Counted from the first letter of the stretch, positions 17,425 through 24,688 are shown. The stretch: 32,562 bases of DNA from Candidatus Peregrinibacteria bacterium (GCA_023245725.1 JAHFJU010000006.1:1-32562); one strand, 5' to 3'. The notes: generated by a model not told the origin, from the letters alone. Made by a program: numbers and translations.

Positions 17425-18174
17425 ATGAAAATAAAAATTTCAAAAACCGGAATTTACCTAAGCGTCTTTGTCGCTACTTTTACCGTTGTAGCGCTTACCT
17501 TTGCGTATATGCCTGTTCAAGTAGCAAAAGGAGGTGATCCTATAAACTCAGCAGATGTTTGTAAAAAGGCCGATGAATTTAGAAAAAATAATCGCGACTT
17601 TAATCAATATACTGCTTTAGCGGCTTTAGATAATCCTATCGATAAAATTACTGATTGTTTTCATGAAACGGTAAATAAAATGTTCAACAAAAAAATAAAA
17701 GAAATGGTGAAACTAGGGAAAACCGGTAAAGAAGACGATCTAAATAAACTCATTACTTTAATTACCAGACCCGTTGAAAAAGGCATCAATATGCCATGTT
17801 CATCAGATACAAATAACCTTTCTACTTACTGTCTCTCAGAAGATCTCGTTGTCGAATTCGCTCGATTTAGAAAAGGTATGAATGATTCCCGTGAACAATT
17901 AAAGGCAAATGCTGCGGCGCAAATTGAAAAAGTAAATTCCGATTTCGGCGCAAACATAAATAGAATAGATTCCGAAGTAAAAATTGCGCAGACATCGATC
18001 GATCAAGGGTTGTCGGCATACAACGAGTTGCAGTTCGCGTTGCCGCTTCACATGAAGTACAAAAAAATAATTGAGGAACTCGAAGATTACCGCGATGCGC
18101 TACGAAAAATCCGATATAGTGTCGATTTGTACCCAGTAACATTTATTGATGTAACGACCGCTGCTTGTAATTAG
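17425..18174 (+). CDS. Small secreted or N-terminally anchored Cys-containing protein P2 (249 aa from the ATG at 17425), hypothetical
   Basis: The track ORF starts at 17395. I prefer the ATG at 17425, 5 nt after the P1 stop, because it gives MKIKISKTGIYLSVFVATFTVVALTFAYMPVQVAKGG, which parallels the P1 and P3 leaders. The protein ends ...DVTTAACN. Confidence 0.72.
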   Translation: MKIKISKTGIYLSVFVATFTVVALTFAYMPVQVAKGGDPINSADVCKKADEFRKNNRDFNQYTALAALDNPIDKITDCFHETVNKMFNKKIKEMVKLGKTGKEDDLNKLITLITRPVEKGINMPCSSDTNNLSTYCLSEDLVVEFARFRKGMNDSREQLKANAAAQIEKVNSDFGANINRIDSEVKIAQTSIDQGLSAYNELQFALPLHMKYKKIIEELEDYRDALRKIRYSVDLYPVTFIDVTTAACN

Positions 18175-18177
18175 TAT

Positions 18178-19767
18178 ATGCGACTTTTTTCTATTAAAAC
18201 TGTAATAAAAATAAAAACTGCGCTTGTCGTAGCGCTCATTTGTGCAATTCTGTCGCCTTCGTTTAGCGATATTGTTGATGGTCGAGTGCAAATCGCAAAT
18301 GCCGCCGATGAAGGAATCGCAATCGATGTTCTTGGCACGGCAACCGATTTAATATCGGGAAACTTTTTTCAATTTGACGATAATATTGGGCAAAATCTTT
18401 ACACAACAATTTATCAACGAGTTAAAAGCGAAGGCTCAAATGCAGCAATCACTAAAACAACTTCTCGCCGAAAACTATCAAAGGCAGAGCTTTATACTAT
18501 TATTCCTGGGTCGAACATTACTGGAATTATGGCGCAACCAGACCCGCGTGCGCCGCTACGAGATGACCAAATCCGTTCTCGTCGCGATGACCTGATTCGC
18601 GATCTGGCCGATGAAAAAGATCTCGGCGATTTTGAGTCGCTAAACAAAATGCAGGTTGAGTCGACCGAACTTTTCGCAAACGGCGATGAGTCAGATTCTG
18701 GCTTCGATTTGCTCGTAGATCTCGATGTAATGCAGGCGATATTGTTCAATAAGGATATTCAAAGTATGTCGGGGCAGGGAGGTGGTGGAGGGCATTCAGG
18801 TGGCGCAAACCCGCAAGATCAAGCTCAAAATAATGCTAATTCTCCTGCTCAAAATAACGCCGACAACAATAATTCGTCTGCACCTAAAACTCCAGGGGCT
18901 CAAGCTCCTGTCGATGCTTCTAAAATTAAATGTCCTACAAATACAGGGTTAAATGACGAAATTGAATCGGAGCGGACTAAAGATCGTGCAGCTGGCGCAG
19001 TACAGTTAGACGAAAATGGCGTGAATCCTGATGATGCAAAAAAGCCGATAGACGATACTCCGAAGCCATTGGTTGCCGCTCATGCTGACGATTGGCATCG
19101 CGAACTTCCGTGTAGTAACGTATTTTGTTTAAAACTAGAATTGAAATATATAACTGAAAGTTCGTTTACGGTAAGTGATAACTGCGTCATGTGCCACATT
19201 CAGAAAATAAACGATTCGTTCAAAAAATTGCTTAATCATAATTTGGTTCCAAATAAAGTTACTGGTAATTTGCTCGAAGGGCCAAAGTGTAAAGACGCGC
19301 TCTATAATTCGAATTGGGCAATTGTGAATTTTATTTTTATTGGTCAGCCGATTCTTACTCCGCCAAACGATGACTTAATTATCAAGGGCGATATTTGGGC
19401 TAACATGAAGCTTTTCTGGGAACGCTATGTCGATGCTCCAAAAAAATGTGATGCTGGAGAGTCGTGTCGAATTTCAACCGCTGAGCAGGTTTTGTCTCAA
19501 ACTAAACCGAACGCGACATTCGATCAAACTACCGATTCAATGGCTCAAGAAGATCGCGCGATAAAAGATAATAAACTTAAAGAATATCGCGCAGATCAGT
19601 TGAAACGGCAGGTAGAAGCGCAAGGCGGTCAGTACCGGGTAATCATGCAAGAAATGTCGACGATGAACGATTACTTTAATAATTATATGAAAACGTTCGA
19701 TGACTTAACCTCTGATCCCGCAAAATCACCGTGCGGAGTACTAGCAAATAAACAATATTGCCAATAA
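18178..19767 (+). CDS. Secreted or anchored Cys-rich protein P3 (529 aa), hypothetical
   Basis: The ATG is 3 nt after the P2 stop. The protein has the leader MRLFSIKTVIKIKTALVVALICAILSPSF, an acidic N-terminal domain, a GQGGGGGHSGG...QNNA low-complexity linker and a C-terminal domain with 10 Cys (for example LPCSNVFC and DNCVMCH). It ends ...SPCGVLANKQYCQ. Confidence 0.8.
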   Translation: MRLFSIKTVIKIKTALVVALICAILSPSFSDIVDGRVQIANAADEGIAIDVLGTATDLISGNFFQFDDNIGQNLYTTIYQRVKSEGSNAAITKTTSRRKLSKAELYTIIPGSNITGIMAQPDPRAPLRDDQIRSRRDDLIRDLADEKDLGDFESLNKMQVESTELFANGDESDSGFDLLVDLDVMQAILFNKDIQSMSGQGGGGGHSGGANPQDQAQNNANSPAQNNADNNNSSAPKTPGAQAPVDASKIKCPTNTGLNDEIESERTKDRAAGAVQLDENGVNPDDAKKPIDDTPKPLVAAHADDWHRELPCSNVFCLKLELKYITESSFTVSDNCVMCHIQKINDSFKKLLNHNLVPNKVTGNLLEGPKCKDALYNSNWAIVNFIFIGQPILTPPNDDLIIKGDIWANMKLFWERYVDAPKKCDAGESCRISTAEQVLSQTKPNATFDQTTDSMAQEDRAIKDNKLKEYRADQLKRQVEAQGGQYRVIMQEMSTMNDYFNNYMKTFDDLTSDPAKSPCGVLANKQYCQ

Positions 19768-19768
19768 C

Positions 19769-20968
19769 ATGAAGCGAATTTTAGCTCTTATCCTTGTAGT
19801 AATTGTGCTCTCGACCTCAATGTCGAGTACGCTTTTTGCGTCATATTCATTTGAGAATTACCAGCTTTTAGGCGAGGCTCCATCGTCGAAAAACGATGCG
19901 AAATTTACCGAATGTTTCGCCGATTTGGTCGATTTTCTTTATATAACAATTGGTGCAGGTTTCACAAAACCAGGTAGTGATTTTTCAGATTATTGGAGGG
20001 ATTTCTTTTTGTACACTTCTCACTATGCAGATGTTTATGGAGTTGAACGTCAGCTAAATTCCGCGCGTTATTCTGTAATCTCAACGTATTTAAAATGTCA
20101 GACGACTCGTTTTAAACAGGTGAAGTCTCAGTACTATTCACTCGAAGCCGAGTTGTATTTTGTTCGACATTTTATTAGTACGGATCCTCTTTCTGAAGGA
20201 TTCCCAGATGTCATTACCGTTGATGAAAAACGAAAACAGTTTCAACAGGATTTCTTTGCTTATATGAAATCAAAATCTCCAGATACCGACGATGAAGATA
20301 CGCAAATTGCTGTATTCGGAGGTTACTTTGACAGGTTCATGGCGAAGTACAAAAACAAGGTAAATGAGTATAGAGATAACAGTAATTCAAGCGATCCTGC
20401 ATGGGGACGATTGAAAGAAAAATGGGAAAATCTCATGAAAACAATTAAAGGTTTTGGTTCTTCTGTTGAGGGATTAGGTGGCGATGCATCTGACCTCGGA
20501 AAAGCGCTTGTGCCAAACACCGAAACAATTTCATGGAACTCATTAATGAGCCGCCTCGATGCCTGTGCAGAAACAAGTTCAGAGAGTTATTGCGCAAGCG
20601 ATGCTGTGAAATATTTACAAACTCACGATGCTCTTAAAGAGGCTAAAGATAAACTTAAATCGATATTTGAATCTAAGAGAAAAAATTCTGTTTCATTCGA
20701 TGAAGTGCAGTTTGCTGTCGATACGTCGAATCAGCCTTCAACCGACATTATGTCTGAGGCAGAAATGTTAAATCGTTATGAAGTTTTGTACGGTACAATC
20801 GGAACTTCCGGCCTGAAACAAATGATGCAATCAACCGATACGCTTCTTGCAACTTTGAAAGATGGTCGTGGTGAAGGTCCATTTGGCCCAAAAATTCCGG
20901 GTAGCCTTAAGCCGCTTGCAAAGATTGCCGAGTGTGCAAATAACGTCGAAGACAAAGAGTGCAAGTAA
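19769..20968 (+). CDS. Secreted Cys-containing protein P4 (399 aa), hypothetical
   Basis: The ATG is 1 nt after the P3 stop. The signal peptide reads MKRILALILVVIVLSTSMSSTLFA. The protein is mostly charged and helical with 6 Cys, and ends ...AECANNVEDKECK. Confidence 0.8.
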   Translation: MKRILALILVVIVLSTSMSSTLFASYSFENYQLLGEAPSSKNDAKFTECFADLVDFLYITIGAGFTKPGSDFSDYWRDFFLYTSHYADVYGVERQLNSARYSVISTYLKCQTTRFKQVKSQYYSLEAELYFVRHFISTDPLSEGFPDVITVDEKRKQFQQDFFAYMKSKSPDTDDEDTQIAVFGGYFDRFMAKYKNKVNEYRDNSNSSDPAWGRLKEKWENLMKTIKGFGSSVEGLGGDASDLGKALVPNTETISWNSLMSRLDACAETSSESYCASDAVKYLQTHDALKEAKDKLKSIFESKRKNSVSFDEVQFAVDTSNQPSTDIMSEAEMLNRYEVLYGTIGTSGLKQMMQSTDTLLATLKDGRGEGPFGPKIPGSLKPLAKIAECANNVEDKECK

Positions 20969-21037
20969 TATTTGTCGCTCAAACGCCGCACCTCGAGTTT
21001 TCGTTGCCTGTGCTGTTCACATCGTCCAGCGTCAAAT

Positions 21038-21250
21038 TTATTTTCTAAACAAAAATGCAAAGAACGTTCCTGAATGTTTTTGGCGAACGCTTCTAAGCCG
21101 TTCGAGTCGTGCCTCGCGAGATTCTAGTGATCCTGATTTTTGAGTTTCTTTTAGTTCGGTAATAAAATTTACGTTGTCTGAGTGGCAATACACGCAGAGG
21201 TCGATTTTCGCTGAGATTTTTTTTCCGCAGTTAAAGCAATTGAATAGCAT
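21038..21250 (-). CDS. Small zinc-ribbon protein (70 aa from the internal ATG)
   Basis: MLFNCFNCGKKISAKIDLCVYCHS carries CxxC-x10-CxxC. The longer track ORF (to 21352) would overlap the 3' end of the upstream HTH gene, so I prefer the ATG at 21250. Confidence 0.5.
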   Translation of the reverse strand: MLFNCFNCGKKISAKIDLCVYCHSDNVNFITELKETQKSGSLESREARLERLRSVRQKHSGTFFAFLFRK

Positions 21251-21293
21251 AGTCTTTAGGCGAGAGGATTTGTGAGTGGTTGGTAGAAAAGTT

Positions 21294-21464
21294 CTATGTT
21301 GAGCTGGCATCGAGAAACGCATCAAGTTCGCTTTCTCGAATTCGATACACACGCCCGATTTTCACTGCTTTAAGCCGTTTGCTCTTAATTAGCTTCAACA
21401 CCGTAAAAGGGTGTAGATGTAAGAGCTTCGCTGCTTCGTCGACAGTAATTATTGGGTCTTTCAT
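21294..21464 (-). CDS. Excisionase-family (MerR-superfamily) helix-turn-helix DNA-binding protein (56 aa)
   Basis: MKDPIITVDEAAKLLHLHPFTVLKLIKSKRLKAVKIGRVYRIRESELDAFL matches the (T/S)-x-x-E-(A/V)-A-x-x-L-x-(V/I)-S-x-x-T-(V/I)...G-R-x-(W/Y)-R-(I/F) pattern of excisionase-type HTH domains. The track start at 21488 is a TTG, so I prefer the ATG at 21464. Confidence 0.75.
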   Translation of the reverse strand: MKDPIITVDEAAKLLHLHPFTVLKLIKSKRLKAVKIGRVYRIRESELDAFLDASST

Positions 21465-21507
21465 TTGGTATATCTGTTTTTCAGTCAATTTAACTTAACT
21501 GAATATA

Positions 21508-21551
21508 ATTGTACCAAACGTAAGTAAACTTTTCAAATATCAAATATAACA
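21508..21551 (-). promoter_or_regulatory. Two candidate extended -10 elements upstream of the HTH gene
   Basis: On the minus strand, TG-G-TACAAT corresponds to plus 21508..21516 and TG-T-TATATT to plus 21543..21551. Confidence 0.35.
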
Positions 21552-21602
21552 AGATCACTTGTATCAAATACTATAATGTTCTGCAAGATTTAAAGGAGTT
21601 AT

Positions 21603-21638
21603 GAACAATGTAAACATGTTTTGAACATGTTGTGAACA
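21603..21638. promoter_or_regulatory. Phased array of GAACA / AACATGTT sites, a candidate operator
   Basis: The sequence is atGAACAatgtaAACATGTTttgAACATGTTgtGAACAac. GAACA-like half-sites start at 21603, about 21612, 21623 and 21634, a spacing of roughly 10-11 bp. Two exact AACATGTT palindromes lie at 21613..21620 and 21624..21631. Confidence 0.5.
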
Positions 21639-21789
21639 ACTAGTGCAAAACTATGTGCATAACTTAAATTAAAGAATATTTAATCCTGTTATTCTTCAAA
21701 GTACAAAATTTGATTAAATTCTATTAAACTTTAGCGAGCATATTTCCGCCGTAAATTTAGTGAATAAATCTCTTAGGTAGCCAGATATT

Positions 21790-21949
21790 GGCTTTCAGTA
21801 AGCCAATTGAGTGCAACTCCTTACCGAGAAGCGTCAAGCAATGCTTGTACTCTTCTAGGCTGGGCAGAGCTGTTTAGATCCAAAATATAAAAAAACTACA
21901 TGGCTTTAGAAAGCCCTGAAGTGCCCATCTGAGTTGCACGTGCAACTCC
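21790..21949. other. Duplicated structured module (small hairpin followed by GTGCAACTCC) in non-coding DNA, a candidate sRNA or regulatory element
   Basis: Module A, 21790..21820, reads GGCTTtcagtAAGCCaattgaGTGCAACTCC. Module B, 21902..21949, reads GGCTTtagaAAGCCctgaagtgcccatctGAGTTGCACGTGCAACTCC. No ORF of 60 aa or more covers this interval. Confidence 0.4.
21931..21948. repeat. Perfect 18-bp palindrome GAGTTGCACGTGCAACTC
   Basis: It is self-complementary when checked base by base. A T-run (agTTTTTT, about 21958..21965) follows 12 nt later on the plus strand. Confidence 0.9.
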
Positions 21950-21984
21950 GTTTGCACAGTTTTTTAAAATGTTCAAACGCAATT

Positions 21985-22010
21985 CCGCCAGCGTAAGCTT
22001 ACGGAGGCGG
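21985..22010 (-). terminator. Hairpin immediately downstream of the MscS gene, a possible terminator
   Basis: CCGCCagCGTAAGCTTACGgaGGCGG has 5+6 bp arms with an internal 2x2 mismatch, 20 nt past the stop at 22030. The minus-strand downstream U-tract is weak and interrupted. Confidence 0.4.
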
Positions 22011-22029
22011 CTTAATCAGATCGCCATTT

Positions 22030-23202
22030 TCATCCTTGCCCATCAATCTCTGTCATATCTTCATATGCTCCTGTAGGATCGGAGTCTGAAGGAACCATGT
22101 CGCTAATTGCTGGAACCTCTATTTGAATTTGTGGCTCTTGTACGGCCGTTGTCGCTGTATCGGTAACTTGTGTTTCAGTCGCAACCGTTGTTGATAAATC
22201 TGCTGCGGTAGGAGCTTCGTCAGCTATCGAATGTATTTGTGTTGGTGGCGTAGCCTCAGCCGCAATTGCTTTCGACATTTTCATTTCAATCTTTCGTGCT
22301 TCGCGTATTTTTGCATTCTCTTCTTTATCAGCTTTTGTATCGATAGCAGTTTCAAGATGAACTACATTAAACGGAATATCGATTCCAGCATCAACAAGCG
22401 CGTCATACACTTTGTGCATCATAACTGTTTTTATCTTAAACCAGCCGTCGCGTGAGCCAACCCAAAAACGAACTTCAAAATCAATTGAGCTGTCACCGAA
22501 TCCTGTAATAATAATTGTTGGCATTGGCTTTTTTAGGATTTTTGCCTGAGCTTTCATTAATTTCATAACTACTTTCATTGCGTATTTTATTTCGGTGTCA
22601 TACGAAACACTAAATGGTACAACAACTCTTCTAGTCGGATTAGTTGTGTAGCTAATAACTTGGCTTCTAAAAATTGTAGCATTTGGAACAATAACTTTTG
22701 TGCCATCAATAGCTTTAATAATTGTTGCACGAGTTTGAATTTCAACAACTTTTCCGTAAGTCGAACCAACTCTAATAAAATCACCAATAGTGAATTGTCT
22801 GTTTAATAAGAGCAAAACGCCCGATAGAAAATTCATGATTAAATCCTGTAAAGCAAAACCGATACCAAATGCAACTGCCGCGAGAATTGTAGTTAGATCA
22901 ATACCGGCGACTTTTAATGCAATAGTAATTCCAACAACCAGCGTGCCAAAGTAACTTACTCGGCCAGCAAGAACTAAAACCTCTTGGTGCTCTTCATCAA
23001 TTTTATCTGAAATGCGCGATTCAACCGCAGTTTTAGCGATTTTTGCTACTACGAAAGCAAGCACAAATAAAACTAGACCAGCTATCCAGCTTGGAACTTG
23101 GCTAATAATGTAATCAAAGAAACTGGCAATTTTATCTGCGAGCCCATTAGAAGCATCGTCTTTTGCAAGCGTAGTTGCTGCGAGAATTAATAGTGAATAC
23201 AT
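22030..23202 (-). CDS. mscS: Small-conductance mechanosensitive channel, MscS family
   Basis: It has three N-terminal TM helices and then the MscS core, ...AVAFGIGFALQDLIMNFLSGVLLLLNRQFTIGDFIRVGSTYGKVVEIQTRATIIKAIDGTKVIVPNATIF..., with an acidic, low-complexity C-terminal tail. The track start at 23205 is a TTG, and I prefer the adjacent ATG at 23202. Confidence 0.9.
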   Translation of the reverse strand: MYSLLILAATTLAKDDASNGLADKIASFFDYIISQVPSWIAGLVLFVLAFVVAKIAKTAVESRISDKIDEEHQEVLVLAGRVSYFGTLVVGITIALKVAGIDLTTILAAVAFGIGFALQDLIMNFLSGVLLLLNRQFTIGDFIRVGSTYGKVVEIQTRATIIKAIDGTKVIVPNATIFRSQVISYTTNPTRRVVVPFSVSYDTEIKYAMKVVMKLMKAQAKILKKPMPTIIITGFGDSSIDFEVRFWVGSRDGWFKIKTVMMHKVYDALVDAGIDIPFNVVHLETAIDTKADKEENAKIREARKIEMKMSKAIAAEATPPTQIHSIADEAPTAADLSTTVATETQVTDTATTAVQEPQIQIEVPAISDMVPSDSDPTGAYEDMTEIDGQG

Positions 23203-23208
23203 CAAAAC

Positions 23209-23217
23209 AGTATATCA
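23209..23217 (-). promoter_or_regulatory. Extended -10 (TGATATACT) 6 nt upstream of the mscS ATG, implying a leaderless transcript
   Basis: The minus strand reads aaaTGATATACTgttttgATG. There is no room for an SD. Confidence 0.45.
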
Positions 23218-23285
23218 TTTTTTGAGAGGATTTGCCACACCTCGAAAACAGTCCAACCAAAACTTAAGAATTGCGATTTTGGCCA

Positions 23286-23810
23286 CTAGCCCACCCAAAT
23301 TGCCGCAATCGCTCCCAAAAAACATGCAATTTGCCACACATCTGATTCGCTCCATTTTCTGCTTTCTCCATCGGGCAACAGTAAATTATGCGGAGTTTTG
23401 GCATGCATTGTATAAAAATGAAAGTTTCTGTGTATGCGTACAAGACGTGAAAAAGGTATGACTCCGGCTGAAACAAATCCTTCAAAAATATCTGGCAATT
23501 GCGCCGCCCACATACAAGCCATTATTACAAATAACTGTGCCGAAATTCCAAATTTCATATACGCGCAAAGTGTTAGTACAATCATGCTCCCACCAAAATC
23601 CAATAAAAATAATAACGCCATTTTTTTAGTCAATCGCGCCGGCGAAAATTCATAGTGCCCGTGAGGAATTCTGTCAGTCAAATAGTGCGATATGAAAGAA
23701 GCGCAAACAGCCAAAGAAATTCGCGCAGTTAAAGGAGTTGAATCCGGCAAAAGTGTAAAAGTTGAAAGCCCTATAAGCGCACCGATGCTATTGTGTCCAA
23801 AAGCCAACAT
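23286..23810 (-). CDS. Integral membrane protein (174 aa), possibly a DUF457/YdjM-like membrane-bound metal-dependent hydrolase
   Basis: It has 4-5 hydrophobic helices. His-rich motifs (FGHNSIG, SHYLTDRIPHGH) resemble membrane-embedded hydrolases, but the family assignment is tentative. TACAAT lies 7 nt upstream of the ATG (plus 23818..23823). Confidence 0.6.
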   Translation of the reverse strand: MLAFGHNSIGALIGLSTFTLLPDSTPLTARISLAVCASFISHYLTDRIPHGHYEFSPARLTKKMALLFLLDFGGSMIVLTLCAYMKFGISAQLFVIMACMWAAQLPDIFEGFVSAGVIPFSRLVRIHRNFHFYTMHAKTPHNLLLPDGESRKWSESDVWQIACFLGAIAAIWVG

Positions 23811-23880
23811 TAGGCTTATTGTAGCGTATTTTTTTCTTAAATATTTTGAAATTCATGTTGATTATGTAAAGCAGTCAATA

Positions 23881-23889
23881 TGATATACT
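23881..23889 (+). promoter_or_regulatory. Extended -10 (TGATATACT) upstream of the SPFH gene
   Basis: The sequence aaTGATATACTCAg matches the pilin promoter core TGATATACTCA exactly and lies 25 nt upstream of the ATG at 23915. Confidence 0.45.
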
Positions 23890-23914
23890 CAGCCTACTTA
23901 ACCAATTATTACTT

Positions 23915-24688
23915 ATGTTTACAGGTCTCGGTGGTTTTCTCTTCATCGTTATCGGTTTCATTTTGTTGATCAGTATTCGTCAGGTCAATCAGAATGAGCG
24001 TGGGGTTAAACTCACGATGGGTAAATATTCAGGGATTATTGAGCCGGGTTGGAGGATTGTTTTGCCTATTTTCCAATCAATGAAAAAGGTTGATATTCGT
24101 GTAAAAGCTCTCGATGTGCCAGATCAGGAGTCTCTTACAAAAGACAATATTCCGATTCGTATTAACGCAGTAATTTATTTCAAAGTTATCGATCCGGCAA
24201 AGGCGATTTTAGCTGTTGAAAATTTCTTATACGCAACTTCACAGCTTGCACAGACGACTATGAGAAATGCGGTTGGTGAGGTGACTCTCGACCATTTGCT
24301 CGAAAAGAAAGAAGAGATTTCAGCTCGTATTCAAGAGATTGTCGACAAAATGACAGACGAGTGGGGAATTGACGTTCAAAATGTTGAGTTGAAAGATATT
24401 ATGCTTCCGGAAAGTTTGAAGAGGGTAATTGCTCGTGTTGCCGAGGCTGAACGTGAGAAGCGTGCGGTGATTGTTGCGTCTGAGGGTGAGGTTGCTTCTG
24501 CACAAAATATGGCTCAGGCGGCGCAGGTTTTGAATGCGGCTCCAGGGGCTTTGCACCTTAGAACTTTGGCTTCAATTAATGATATTTCAGAAAGCCCATC
24601 GAATACCACAATTTGGATGGTTCCAATCGAAGTTCTACGCGCCGTTGAATCATTTCAGCAATTTATGAGTAGCAAAGTAGGTAAATAG
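23915..24688 (+). CDS. SPFH/band-7 (stomatin/prohibitin-like) membrane protein
   Basis: It has an N-terminal TM helix and then ...ERGVKLTMGKYSGIIEPGWRIVLPIFQSMKKVDIRVKALDVPDQESLTKDNIPIRINAVIYFKVIDPAKA...AEAEREKRAVIVASEGE..., a typical SPFH domain with a coiled-coil. Confidence 0.92.
   Translation: MFTGLGGFLFIVIGFILLISIRQVNQNERGVKLTMGKYSGIIEPGWRIVLPIFQSMKKVDIRVKALDVPDQESLTKDNIPIRINAVIYFKVIDPAKAILAVENFLYATSQLAQTTMRNAVGEVTLDHLLEKKEEISARIQEIVDKMTDEWGIDVQNVELKDIMLPESLKRVIARVAEAEREKRAVIVASEGEVASAQNMAQAAQVLNAAPGALHLRTLASINDISESPSNTTIWMVPIEVLRAVESFQQFMSSKVGK

Noticed and set aside
20969-21037. An expected terminator between the convergent P4 gene and the zinc-ribbon gene.
   Set aside because: I could not identify a convincing stem-loop or U-tract in the 69-nt gap, so no feature is called.
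21800-22020. A possible RNase P RNA. Segments such as GTGCAACTCC...GAGAAGC...CAAGCA and GGCGGCTTAATCAG loosely resemble the P11-P12 and 3' CGGCUUA regions.
   Set aside because: I could not find the universally conserved GAGGAAAGUCC (P4 5' strand) or ACAGAA (P4 3' strand) on either strand, and the AT-rich spacing is wrong. I treat the region as an unknown structured element instead.
23222-23485. ORFs 23222..23461 (+) and 23264..23485 (-) between mscS and the membrane-protein gene.
   Set aside because: They overlap each other and the 3' end of the 174-aa membrane-protein gene. They have no motifs or plausible start context, so they are most likely spurious.
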